Shown here: positions 9,438 to 17,146 of the stretch, piece after piece
Layout of the letters: the number at the start of each line of letters is the position of its first letter
Numbering within the stretch: the stretch's first letter is position 1
Source: a virus
Strand: one strand, 5' to 3'
IMG/VR virus record: IMGVR_UViG_3300036859_000232
Coordinates: 3,408 to 67,407 of that record
DNA: 64,000 nucleotides
Notes under the pieces: generated by a model
Databases searched by the model: none
What the model saw: the letters and a program-made list of their open reading frames with translations, nothing else
What the model was told of the DNA's origin: nothing
Position numbers and translations under genes: made by a program

Positions 9438-9709
9438 TCTGACTCCGTGGTTAGAGCGGAGGACTCGTGAACTGCCTTCAGGTCGGGTCGTCGCCACCCA
9501 TGGACAGGGCAGACGTTGACGGTTACGAGACGAGGACAACAGCACGGCTCGTTGGGCGCCGCGTCGAAGAAACTCTCGAGAACAGCACGGGCGATATGGT
9601 CAGCATTAGTCGCCATCGCCGTCGTACACCACGGGATAGCCCGAATCCGCTCGGCGGCCGACTCGACCTCAGCTTCGACTTGCTCACGAAGCCAGACGTC
9701 ATCGGTCAC
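9434..9709 (-). CDS. Hypothetical cassette gene (CPVHG Zn motif)
   Basis: AAGGAGG RBS. CCC...CPVHG. Ends AVHESSALTTESE. Confidence 0.65.
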   Translation of the reverse strand: MTDDVWLREQVEAEVESAAERIRAIPWCTTAMATNADHIARAVLESFFDAAPNEPCCCPRLVTVNVCPVHGWRRPDLKAVHESSALTTESE

Positions 9710-9810
9710 TTCGGTGTCACCTCCTTCGGCTTATCGCGCTTCTCCCCGCAGCGCGTACACCGGCTGAGTGCCGGGTGGTTCATCCCGTCGCACTTGCTGC
9801 ACTTCCACAT
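9706..9810 (-). CDS. 34-aa RanBP2-type zinc-finger microprotein
   Basis: MWKCSKCDGMNHPALSRCTRCGEKR matches W-x-C-x2-C-x3-N-x6-C-x2-C. Coupled at both ends. Confidence 0.7.
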   Translation of the reverse strand: MWKCSKCDGMNHPALSRCTRCGEKRDKPKEVTPK

Positions 9811-10028
9811 CAGGCGTCCGTTCTCTCGTTGTGCGCTGCCCAGTCGCACTTCCAGATGGAGTCCGGTGAGCAGCCCACGCAGTTGTGACCATCACCATCA
9901 GGGTCGTTCCACGGGTGGTCCGGGCGAGGGTCTTCCTCCGTTGCGCGAAGCGCCGCCAGCGCGTCGTCGCGGGAGTCGAACTGGTTGAGCCAGTTGGTCA
10001 GCCACTTCGGCACTTCCACGCTGCTCAA
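9810..10028 (-). CDS. Hypothetical cassette gene
   Basis: TTG start overlapping the upstream TGA. Ends AAHNERTDA. Confidence 0.55.
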   Translation of the reverse strand: MSSVEVPKWLTNWLNQFDSRDDALAALRATEEDPRPDHPWNDPDGDGHNCVGCSPDSIWKCDWAAHNERTDA

Positions 10029-10171
10029 TCCGTCACCGCGGACTTGTGCTGAACCGGTTCTTTCCGACGGTAGACCCAGATGCCGAACCCGGCGTGGTAG
10101 CACTCGAACGGGGACGCTTCCTCCATCTGCTTCCAGGCCGTGCAGACGGCGTCGGGGTGCGGTCGCTTCAT
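10025..10171 (-). CDS. 48-aa cassette microprotein
   Basis: MKRPHPDAVCTAWKQ...PVQHKSAVTD. Coupled at both ends. Confidence 0.55.
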   Translation of the reverse strand: MKRPHPDAVCTAWKQMEEASPFECYHAGFGIWVYRRKEPVQHKSAVTD

Positions 10172-10356
10172 GACTCACCGTCCCGTGTGGATGACTGCTC
10201 AAGCGCCGCGACCATCAGCTTCGAGTCCATGTGCTGCGCCAAGTAGCTCCGAACCGCCTTCTCGCAGAGTTCCCCGATCTCTGAGTCCTCGATGCAGGCT
10301 TGTACCCGGACGAGACGATGCAGGTTGTCGTCCACCCTCACGTAAAGCACCTTCAC
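10168..10356 (-). CDS. Ribbon-helix-helix-like DNA-binding protein
   Basis: LYVRVDDNLHRLV...IGELCEKAVRSYL pattern. Ends LEQSSTRDGES. Confidence 0.6.
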   Translation of the reverse strand: MKVLYVRVDDNLHRLVRVQACIEDSEIGELCEKAVRSYLAQHMDSKLMVAALEQSSTRDGES

Positions 10357-10829
10357 TCGGTCCCCTCTGTCCGTTCCGTCACTCTGGAGTTGCCATCCGC
10401 CAGCCCCGCTGGTGAATCAGGAACGTCAGCACTCGTAGCACTCTTCATGACCTCGAATAGTTCCTTGAGCCAGTCACCCGAGCACGTGAGCCCGTAGATC
10501 GCAGCAGCAACTAACAACTCGGCGTCATCGTCGGCTTCCAGGGCATTGATGAGCTTGTCCACGTTCTCTCGAACCTGGTGCGCCTGCTTGATGTACCGCT
10601 GCCGCTCCCGAGCATTCATGTCCGTGACGAGCTTCGCCATCTCACTTGCCTCCTGACTCGGTGTCTCTCGACTGGATGACTGCTCATCGGATACGGTGTA
10701 GCGCCCAGACTCGTAGGCGTCACCGTGCTTGTTCTGGATCGCGATTGCATCGAGCACGGTGCCTCCCTTAACGAGGATTCCCTCGACCTTCGACTGAGCC
10801 GTCTGCTTCCACCACACAATCCATCTCAT
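10353..10829 (-). CDS. Fusion of two cassette genes (internal RBS and ATG at 10640)
   Basis: Internal junction repeat at 10642-10686, with AGGAGG before ATG 10640. Confidence 0.6.
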   Translation of the reverse strand: MRWIVWWKQTAQSKVEGILVKGGTVLDAIAIQNKHGDAYESGRYTVSDEQSSSRETPSQEASEMAKLVTDMNARERQRYIKQAHQVRENVDKLINALEADDDAELLVAAAIYGLTCSGDWLKELFEVMKSATSADVPDSPAGLADGNSRVTERTEGTE

Positions 10830-10855
10830 GACTCACCGTCCTGTTTGGATGGCCA

Positions 10856-11113
10856 CTAGACTGCCGACCGCATACCCTCGGGGGCGAGGGGATCGAGGGT
10901 AGCGGTAGCGGCAGTCTTCCCAGCGTTGACGATGGTCCAACGAGAAGCGACCGGACAGTCCATGTAGTCGATCACGCGGCTATGACCTATCTTGCAGACC
11001 TCTTCGACGAGAACGGAGTCCCATGACTCACCCGGAGCGAAGTTGAGGAGGACATGAACGTGGATGGTCGGTCCACCGTCGTACGAGAGTGTCGCGTTGT
11101 GAACCTTCCTCAT
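10856..11113 (-). CDS. Hypothetical protein
   Basis: ATGA coupled. The stop falls inside a degenerate junction motif. Confidence 0.55.
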   Translation of the reverse strand: MRKVHNATLSYDGGPTIHVHVLLNFAPGESWDSVLVEEVCKIGHSRVIDYMDCPVASRWTIVNAGKTAATATLDPLAPEGMRSAV

Positions 11114-11385
11114 CGCGTCCATCTCTCATCGATCGGCGCACACAACCCACCCGCCGCCTGGAGGTTCTTCGACTGGTCGAACGGTCCGCGTCTCTTCCCG
11201 TAGCGGTGGAACTCGACGACTTCTCTGCGCGCGCTGAACGTCGGCAGCAGGTCACGGATTCGCGGTGGTGATTCGTTACGCGTGAACCAGTTCGCGAGTC
11301 GGCCCGTGTGATTGGAGAGTCGACGGAGCGCACGGGTGACGATGACAAGGAAGCGGAACATGCGGATGTTCCATCGGCTGCTCAT
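11110..11385 (-). CDS. Hypothetical protein carrying capsid-like motifs
   Basis: Contains LQAAGGLCAPID, compared with capsid LTAAGGLCAPVN. ATGA coupled at both ends. Confidence 0.5.
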   Translation of the reverse strand: MSSRWNIRMFRFLVIVTRALRRLSNHTGRLANWFTRNESPPRIRDLLPTFSARREVVEFHRYGKRRGPFDQSKNLQAAGGLCAPIDERWTR

Positions 11386-11546
11386 CGCTTCGTCTGTTTC
11401 GCGTACGCCTTCATCGCACGACGGACGATCGCTCCTATCGAACGGTCCTCCAGTTCAGCGATGCGACGGATCTCGTTGTAGATGTCCTTCTCTACGCGGA
11501 TGGACTGGTACTCCTTCAGCGGCTGATTCGAGGGTGGTCTTGGCAT
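11382..11546 (-). CDS. Arc/CopG-like ribbon-helix-helix regulator
   Basis: SIRVEKDIYNEIRRIA..EDRSIGAIVRRAM. Leaderless start after TGGACG-17-CATACT. Confidence 0.8.
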   Translation of the reverse strand: MPRPPSNQPLKEYQSIRVEKDIYNEIRRIAELEDRSIGAIVRRAMKAYAKQTKR

Positions 11547-11549
11547 GGG

Positions 11550-11582
11550 ACAAGTATGCCACATTTGTCACATTACGTCCAA
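11550..11582 (-). promoter_or_regulatory. Promoter with ATGTG(A/G)CA direct repeats between -35 and -10 (candidate RHH operator)
   Basis: TGGACG taATGTGACAaATGTGGCAtact. Confidence 0.5.
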
Positions 11583-11862
11583 CCGAAATACTCGACAACC
11601 CGGTATCCTGGGCATCGGGCCGGGAGCCCGAGGGAGCCGCAGGATCGCGAGCGGCGAACTCTCTCGCCACCGGGCGAACAGGCGAAGAGGTCGTCACACC
11701 CACACCCTCACCCTCAAGGGCAGCCACTATGGGTGTGGAAAAAAATGGAATAGGAGTCGATGAGCCGAGAAACATTTACGGTGCCTGTCCATAGCCCCCC
11801 CATCCTGATCCCGCGCGTGGCGGACCGGGACGAGGACGAGGACGGTGCGCGCTACGCGTGTG

Positions 11863-12102
11863 TCATCCGACTGACGTGATTAGCTCCACGTCCCACGTCT
11901 TGCCGACGTACTCGCGCACGCGCCGCTCCAGCGCCTCCAGCGTGTCTGTGATTGTCTCGTCCAGCCAGTCTCCCATCTGCTTAAGCTGGTCCTCCGTGAG
12001 CGGACGAGAGAACGTGCGCTGAGGCTTGCGCGCGAGCCATGTGTGTATCGCGTGCTCCGTGATCTTGAGTCCGCGTGTCGTGTCGTCGTCCTTGCGCGTC
12101 AT
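11863..12102 (-). CDS. Hypothetical protein
   Basis: ATGA-coupled ORF. Confidence 0.5.
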   Translation of the reverse strand: MTRKDDDTTRGLKITEHAIHTWLARKPQRTFSRPLTEDQLKQMGDWLDETITDTLEALERRVREYVGKTWDVELITSVG

Positions 12103-12557
12103 GACGTCACCTGCGAACCGTCGCGGAGAGGACGCGTGGAACATCCCGGGCCGTGAACCTCGCAGCACTCATAGCCCATGTCGTGATTCTTCGCCCAAGT
12201 AGCACCACAGTAAGTTGCGCGTTCGTCCATGATGCGCGGAAGATCGGCCGCTACCGGTAGCGCATCGACATACGCGATCTGCAACGGCCCACCATCGAAC
12301 GTCTCATTCGCCTCCAACGATCCACCGTCCATCGCGTCAGCTTCCCTCGCGTACGGTCCCCAAACATCGAAGTCATCGAACACGTACCAACCCGCTTCCG
12401 TGACGTCGTGCGAACCAGCCTTCACGTGCGAACCTCCTCGTGTTGACGATCTGACAACACCTACGCTACTCCTCCTCGCGGGTAGGTGCAAGAGGGTGTA
12501 GGCCGTCCATGCGAGTGCGAGGACGTCGAGCGCGAGGACGACGTAGAGGACGATCAT
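12099..12557 (-). CDS. Hypothetical membrane-anchored protein
   Basis: N-terminal hydrophobic helix. ATGA coupled. Confidence 0.55.
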   Translation of the reverse strand: MIVLYVVLALDVLALAWTAYTLLHLPARRSSVGVVRSSTRGGSHVKAGSHDVTEAGWYVFDDFDVWGPYAREADAMDGGSLEANETFDGGPLQIAYVDALPVAADLPRIMDERATYCGATWAKNHDMGYECCEVHGPGCSTRPLRDGSQVTS

Positions 12558-13186
12558 GCGACGGGTGACTCCACGTCCGATGCGGTTGGGTTATAGACGC
12601 ACCATGTCCCTTGGTAGGAGTCTGTGAGCGGGACGTATCCGGCGTCGGTGAGGATGGCGTCTATGTCGTCCAGGTACTCGGGGGCGTACTCGTCGCGCTG
12701 GTCGTCGGTCAGCTGGTCGTACTCTGCCGAAAGCTTCGAGAGCCGGACATACGCGGAGACGTAATCGGCTCCCGGTTTGTCGCTGACCAGGGCCGATGCG
12801 TCAGAGACGAACGTTCGGACGTTGCCCGTGAGCGTGTCCCGGCCGGTATCCCGTTGGACCAGTGGGTCCCCATGCGCCGATTCTCTGTGCTCGTCGCCGC
12901 AGATGGAGCACTCATACGGCGCAAGTAGCTCATGGCATCGGCCACAGTAGTCGGGGGAGTCTCCAGAGTGAACGTTGATACTCAGGATCACTTTCGGGAA
13001 CTCGCCGGAGTCGAAAGAGTGTTCGTCCATGCGGTCGATCCCGTCATGCTGAGCGATCCGGTCTAGGCGTTCTTCGGTCGATTCTCCGATGTTCCCGCCG
13101 TTCCCGTTCGTCAGCTTGTCCACGATGCATCCGGGACAGTACGTGTCTGCCGCGTACGTGTAACCAACGATGCTGTCGAAGCTCAT
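12554..13186 (-). CDS. Hypothetical Zn-binding protein
   Basis: GGGAGG RBS. YTYAADTYCPGC, FPKVI and CGRC motifs. Confidence 0.65.
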   Translation of the reverse strand: MSFDSIVGYTYAADTYCPGCIVDKLTNGNGGNIGESTEERLDRIAQHDGIDRMDEHSFDSGEFPKVILSINVHSGDSPDYCGRCHELLAPYECSICGDEHRESAHGDPLVQRDTGRDTLTGNVRTFVSDASALVSDKPGADYVSAYVRLSKLSAEYDQLTDDQRDEYAPEYLDDIDAILTDAGYVPLTDSYQGTWCVYNPTASDVESPVA

Positions 13187-13193
13187 CCCGTTA

Positions 13194-13256
13194 CCTCCCG
13201 CGTTCGTCGGCTGTTGTCCATGTGACAACACTACCGCGGATCGGCGTACGCGTCAA
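13194..13256 (-). promoter_or_regulatory. Early promoter module (promoter, palindromic operator, conserved leader)
   Basis: TTGACG-17-TAGTGT. TGTTGTCC-ATG-TGACAACA at 13212-13230. Leader CCGACGAACGCGGGAGG. Confidence 0.65.
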
Positions 13257-13639
13257 TATCCGGCTTCGCGCAAAGCCTCCCCTATGGCGTCATAATCCGG
13301 TCCGAGGAGCTGACGGAGTTTCGCGGTTTGCGCGCGCATCTGTGAGAACGTCCGCTCCGTCTCGCGGCTAGGCGTCATGCCTAGTTCGTCGCACATGTCG
13401 AAGTGGTCGGCGCAAGATTCCACGATCGACGCGTCCGAGAATAGGCAACCGAGAACGTCTTTCGCGGACGGTTCGCCTAGCGCGGATCCGGTCCAGAACG
13501 GGACAGTCATCCGGCGACGTCGATACCAAAGGGTGACCCGCCAACCGTTTGCGCCACTGTCGTCCTTCCATGGTGCGGGCTCGCCGGTAAACTCGACGTC
13601 CGCGCGGATTTGGTCGAGTGTCACGATGTCTGTTTGCAT
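13253..13639 (-). CDS. Hypothetical protein (conserved phage family)
   Basis: F.TG...EPSAKDVL.CL.SDA...D...ELG pattern. Confidence 0.7.
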   Translation of the reverse strand: MQTDIVTLDQIRADVEFTGEPAPWKDDSGANGWRVTLWYRRRRMTVPFWTGSALGEPSAKDVLGCLFSDASIVESCADHFDMCDELGMTPSRETERTFSQMRAQTAKLRQLLGPDYDAIGEALREAGY

Positions 13640-13989
13640 CAGTAGTCCTTCTCTTCCGTTATGAGTCGTTCCCGGATGACCATCAGACCGTCGCCAGCGT
13701 TCCGGAGATCGTCATACGTCGCGTCCCCCGCGTCCACCGCCGATAGGATCATGTCGAGGACATAGGAGTCCTCGCGTGCTTGGTCCTCGGCTCCCATCAT
13801 CAGACCCGGCCGGTACTCCCACGCGTCAGGGATCGTCTCGTCTCGCCGGTAGAGCGCTTCCGCGATGGCGAACGCGGCTCCCATGACGGTCCCCCATTCG
13901 TCTCCGTCGAATGAGTCGTTCACGATCCCTTCAACTATTGACAGACCGGGTGTTACGTCGTCGGTCGCGACGTCGAATCGCGCGGTCAT
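13639..13989 (-). CDS. Hypothetical protein
   Basis: GGGAGG RBS, coupled. Confidence 0.65.
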   Translation of the reverse strand: MTARFDVATDDVTPGLSIVEGIVNDSFDGDEWGTVMGAAFAIAEALYRRDETIPDAWEYRPGLMMGAEDQAREDSYVLDMILSAVDAGDATYDDLRNAGDGLMVIRERLITEEKDY

Positions 13990-14165
13990 TTAGCATCCCT
14001 CCCGCAGGAGTCCACCGAATCCCCGCACATGTCGCAAATCACGTCTGACGCGGGTAGAACGTTCCGTGTTCCGTCCACGTCTACGATTGCGACTGGTGCG
14101 GTCTCGTCCGTCGAAACGCTTAAAAGCGTTCCCGTTCGGCCGTTGTGTCGGATAGTGACTGTCAT
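13986..14165 (-). CDS. Hypothetical small protein
   Basis: ATG 14165 after GGGAGG. Confidence 0.55.
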   Translation of the reverse strand: MTVTIRHNGRTGTLLSVSTDETAPVAIVDVDGTRNVLPASDVICDMCGDSVDSCGRDAK

Positions 14166-14173
14166 CCCGGAAA

Positions 14174-14234
14174 CCTCCCGTCTCGTCGGTGTTGTCACAT
14201 TGACAACATACCCTCTCGCGCGTCGTCTGTCAAC
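14174..14234 (-). promoter_or_regulatory. Early promoter module (promoter, perfect palindromic operator, leader)
   Basis: TTGACA-17-TATGTT. TGTTGTCA-CAT-TGACAACA at 14190-14208. Leader CCGACGAGACGGGAGG. Confidence 0.7.
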
Positions 14235-14596
14235 ACGTCAGGGACGACGATTCCACTTGGCGTGAACGTCCACCGATCAGCGCGTGTCCGGTACCGCCGC
14301 AGCTTCGGATTGCACTCTGGACAAAACCGCGCTGCGTTGCGCTGGCGTTTCATCTGACGCTCCAGCGTCCGCGTTCCATGCCAGATGATCCGTGTCGTTC
14401 GCCAACCGATGCCTCGTGCCGCAACCGCCGCGAGCAGACGTGATCCTCGACCCGCTAGGTGATATTCCTGCCGACTGACGACATGCTCGACAGACGACGG
14501 TGAGAACACGTCGCAGAAACCGATGTAATGCGCGCAGTCGCCGCGCGCGTCTCTTGGGTAGGGTGCGTGGAAGTGATCGACGTAGACCGCCATCAC
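14195..14596 (-). CDS. GIY-YIG-like endonuclease with C-terminal CPxC
   Basis: VY..HF....HYIGF...R..H..GRGSRLL...ER..K...CPEC. Confidence 0.65.
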   Translation of the reverse strand: MMAVYVDHFHAPYPRDARGDCAHYIGFCDVFSPSSVEHVVSRQEYHLAGRGSRLLAAVAARGIGWRTTRIIWHGTRTLERQMKRQRNAARFCPECNPKLRRYRTRADRWTFTPSGIVVPDVLTDDAREGMLSM

Positions 14597-15063
14597 CGGA
14601 CGATAGACGCGAGTACCGACACGATCTGCGACCCGACGTAGTCGAGTCCTTGCTCCATCGCGTAGTCGTCGTCACCGATGAATCCCCAGCATGAATCAAG
14701 CTCGGTTTCGTGCAGGGTGTCGTGATCGCAGATTGACTCGATGGTGACGGTGTAGCCGTAGACCGCGCCGCGCATCCACTGGTCGTATGTCTCAACCTCG
14801 GACTCGGCACACTTCGCGACCAGGTCGTCAGGAGTGCCTACGTTCGCTTGGTCCTTCCGCGAGACGATGACGAGCCCCGCGACGCCGGAATCCCAACCGC
14901 TGCTGTCCATGCACTCAGCGCGGAATCGTGCTAGCTCCGCGTCATGGTTGGGAGTGTTCGGCGTGAAAGGTGATCCCATGCGGCAGGACATTCCGGAGTG
15001 TTCGTACCAGTACAACGGCGCGACCATCACCGCATCGTGTTCTTCGATGATCGACGCGAGCAT
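14593..15063 (-). CDS. Hypothetical protein (conserved phage family)
   Basis: PLYWYEHSG, WDSG, EVETYDQW..G.VYG and DSCWGF motifs. Confidence 0.7.
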   Translation of the reverse strand: MLASIIEEHDAVMVAPLYWYEHSGMSCRMGSPFTPNTPNHDAELARFRAECMDSSGWDSGVAGLVIVSRKDQANVGTPDDLVAKCAESEVETYDQWMRGAVYGYTVTIESICDHDTLHETELDSCWGFIGDDDYAMEQGLDYVGSQIVSVLASIVR

Positions 15064-15064
15064 G

Positions 15065-15175
15065 TCACTCACTCTCGCAATCGTGACCGTTGAACCATTC
15101 GTTCGCGTCCGTCTCGTCCGTGAGGTCGAACACGCGCCCACACTCCGGACACTTCGCTTCCGTTCTGACGTTCAT
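15065..15175 (-). CDS. 36-aa Zn-binding microprotein
   Basis: MNVRTEAKCPECGRVFDLTDETDANEWFNGHDCESE after GGGAGG. Confidence 0.7.
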   Translation of the reverse strand: MNVRTEAKCPECGRVFDLTDETDANEWFNGHDCESE

Positions 15176-15179
15176 TGCG

Positions 15180-15273
15180 CCTCCCTGTCTCGTCGGATAC
15201 CACAACTTACCACCATGTTGACAAACTGTCAACACCCTGCTACGGTGTGTCTTGTCCGACGAGAGAAGGGAGT
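15180..15273. promoter_or_regulatory. Divergent overlapping promoters sharing a palindromic operator
   Basis: TGTTGACA-AAC-TGTCAACA at 15216-15234. Plus strand TTGACA-17-TACGGT, minus strand TTGACA-17-TAAGTT. CCGACGAGA leaders on both sides. Confidence 0.75.
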
Positions 15274-15277
15274 AGGG

Positions 15278-15439
15278 ATGCCGGGGATGTTGATAACGAT
15301 CACCGTGGACGAGCTAAGGCCGTTGAAGTGGGACGGCGTGAAGTTCACGGTTCCGTGGTCGCAACGACTGAGCGCGATAGCCGCGTTTCGCGCGGTTGCC
15401 GACGAGCTGGAACAACGCGAAAGGGATGGTGAATGGTGA
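15278..15439 (+). CDS. Hypothetical small protein
   Basis: ATG after AAGGGAG. First gene of the rightward operon. Confidence 0.5.
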   Translation: MPGMLITITVDELRPLKWDGVKFTVPWSQRLSAIAAFRAVADELEQRERDGEW

Positions 15440-15777
15440 TGCCACGCAACACGCGCAACTGGTACATGAACGGACGGATTGACGGTCGATCCTCGCGCAT
15501 CGAAGGTGGACCGCAGGCGAAGGACGGCGGATTCGACCTCACCATCAACCAGCGTGAAGGTGGAGACGTCGCAGACGGACTGCGTGTCTATGGACTCGCG
15601 CAGTCAAGTGGCAACCTCGTCCTTGTTGCGACTGCGACGTCCATCGAGGGAGGACGCGCCACCGTCGAGGTCACCACGCATCGCGACAAACCCGGACGAC
15701 ATGTCGTCGTTCACGTCGGCAGCGAGACGTACTCGCTCATGAACACGCTCGACGCGGAGACGGAGGCGACACGATGA
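15433..15777 (+). CDS. Hypothetical protein
   Basis: MPRNTRNWY...IDGR...GGP..KDGGF. Coupled. Confidence 0.65.
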   Translation: MVMPRNTRNWYMNGRIDGRSSRIEGGPQAKDGGFDLTINQREGGDVADGLRVYGLAQSSGNLVLVATATSIEGGRATVEVTTHRDKPGRHVVVHVGSETYSLMNTLDAETEATR

Positions 15778-15902
15778 GACACAGTCTTTTGCGCGAACTG
15801 ATCTGTCGGTTACGTGGGCACAAGCCGAAACCGGACGGCGACGGATACCACTACTGCGGCCGGTGCGGCGACACCGTGCTGTACGGGGAGGTTGACGCAT
15901 GA
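15774..15902 (+). CDS. 42-aa CxxxGH...CxRC microprotein (DUF1660-like)
   Basis: LICRLRGHK...CGRCG. ATGA coupled at both ends. Confidence 0.6.
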   Translation: MRHSLLRELICRLRGHKPKPDGDGYHYCGRCGDTVLYGEVDA

Positions 15903-16330
15903 TGACAACGAGCAACCTTCCCCCCGGCGTCGAGTCCCACATGATCCCCGGCAACCGACCGGAGGACGTCGCATACGAGAAGCTGGCCGAAGAAGTCTCG
16001 GACGCCATCGGCGTCATCCTCGCCAGTCACGGAGTCGAGCTTGCCAACCTGCCGGACGAGGGTTACTCATTGTTCGACATAGCGGTGGACGGCGTACTGG
16101 ACGTGATCGTCCGCTACTCGCAGACGGAGGTAACGCCGACGAGCGAGTCCGTCTGTTGCAACTGTCAACGCCGCATCGTCAACGTGGACGGTGCGTGGAT
16201 CGACCCGGAAGCGACGGGCGACGACAGTGTGTGGAGAGAGACGTGCGACAGGAGTGAGGCGTTCACCGGGGAGCACGTGCCGACAGAACCGACAGACCGA
16301 CAAGACGACAGAGAGGACATGACGACATGA
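15899..16330 (+). CDS. Hypothetical protein
   Basis: SNLPPGV....IPGNRPED motif. GGGGAGG RBS. Confidence 0.65.
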   Translation: MMTTSNLPPGVESHMIPGNRPEDVAYEKLAEEVSDAIGVILASHGVELANLPDEGYSLFDIAVDGVLDVIVRYSQTEVTPTSESVCCNCQRRIVNVDGAWIDPEATGDDSVWRETCDRSEAFTGEHVPTEPTDRQDDREDMTT

Positions 16331-16683
16331 CCGACATACAGGCGACGCAGACGCACACGCCCGGACCGTGGACCTACGCCTACGGTCAGGTGTACGCGGG
16401 TAACCCGGAGGACATCGACGGGGTGAACGGCGGTATCAGCATCGGCCACGCGGACCGCAACGAGGAACGGACACGACCAACCGAGCGGGATGCCAACGCA
16501 CGCCTCATGGCAGCGGCACCGGAACTGCTCGATGCTCTCCACGTCGCGCTGGACGCTCTCTGGGAATTGTCTCGTGCAGCCGATGGAGACGATGTGTTCT
16601 CGGTGGACCCCTGGAACGAGGGAGGTATTGGCTACGACGCCATACGGGAACTGAGGGACGTCATCGGGAAGGTGGCCGGATGA
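16327..16683 (+). CDS. Hypothetical protein (HTPGPW...ANARL.AAAPELL family)
   Basis: Common phage accessory motif. Confidence 0.75.
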   Translation: MTDIQATQTHTPGPWTYAYGQVYAGNPEDIDGVNGGISIGHADRNEERTRPTERDANARLMAAAPELLDALHVALDALWELSRAADGDDVFSVDPWNEGGIGYDAIRELRDVIGKVAG

Positions 16684-16949
16684 CCACCCGCCCCTATTCC
16701 TCCATCCCGCTCGATGACCGCCTCTCCAATCTCACGCCCCAACAGGAACGCGCTCTCCGTCGCATCGAGTCCGCACACACGGTCATGCAGCAGGGCAGAG
16801 ACGAGTTCGCCGCCGCCGTCATCGAAGCGATCGACGTGCATGGACTGACGTACGGGCTGATCGGTGCGCGGTTGGGGAAGGATCGGAGTGACGTGTTCAG
16901 GAGTGCGAAGAGGTTGCGGAATCGACATAAGAAACGGAGCGAGGGATGA
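16680..16949 (+). CDS. HTH DNA-binding protein
   Basis: GLTYGLIGARLGKDRSDV HTH-like segment. Confidence 0.6.
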   Translation: MTTRPYSSIPLDDRLSNLTPQQERALRRIESAHTVMQQGRDEFAAAVIEAIDVHGLTYGLIGARLGKDRSDVFRSAKRLRNRHKKRSEG

Positions 16950-17146
16950 CGACAACACGACAGACTTACGAGAAGGCCCGCGAAGAACTTTACTGGTCAG
17001 GGATCCTGTTCGCGGTGGGAGCGCTCACGAATCACGACAACGTTTACGCGGGGATACTCGGTCACATGTTCGACCGTCCGAAGGTCGTTGTGAAACACGA
17101 CATCGAGAAGAACCGCCGACTGATCGCCAGTCTCGATGTCAAGTAA
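16946..17146 (+). CDS. Hypothetical protein
   Basis: Coupled small ORF. Confidence 0.5.
   Translation: MTTTRQTYEKAREELYWSGILFAVGALTNHDNVYAGILGHMFDRPKVVVKHDIEKNRRLIASLDVK

Larger units (their letters stand above)
7753..10862 (-). repeat. Array 1 of gene-junction (cassette) motifs, about 12 copies
   Basis: GTT-SAS-VAN-TCM-TCC-like motif in frame 25-45 nt before stop codons. Near-exact copies shared with 34.6-39.4 kb. Confidence 0.75.

Noticed and set aside
7753-10862. CRISPR array or classical integron attC sites
   Set aside because: The repeats are degenerate and separated by whole genes. There are no RYYYAAC/GTTRRRY palindromic arms and no IntI or cas operon.
11020-11034. GGTGAGTCATG match to the junction tail inside an ORF
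   Set aside because: Only 11 nt, lacks the GTT core and is not at a gene boundary. Probably chance.
16316-16340. GACATGAC short tandem repeat
   Set aside because: Short, at a start/stop overlap, with no further pattern.
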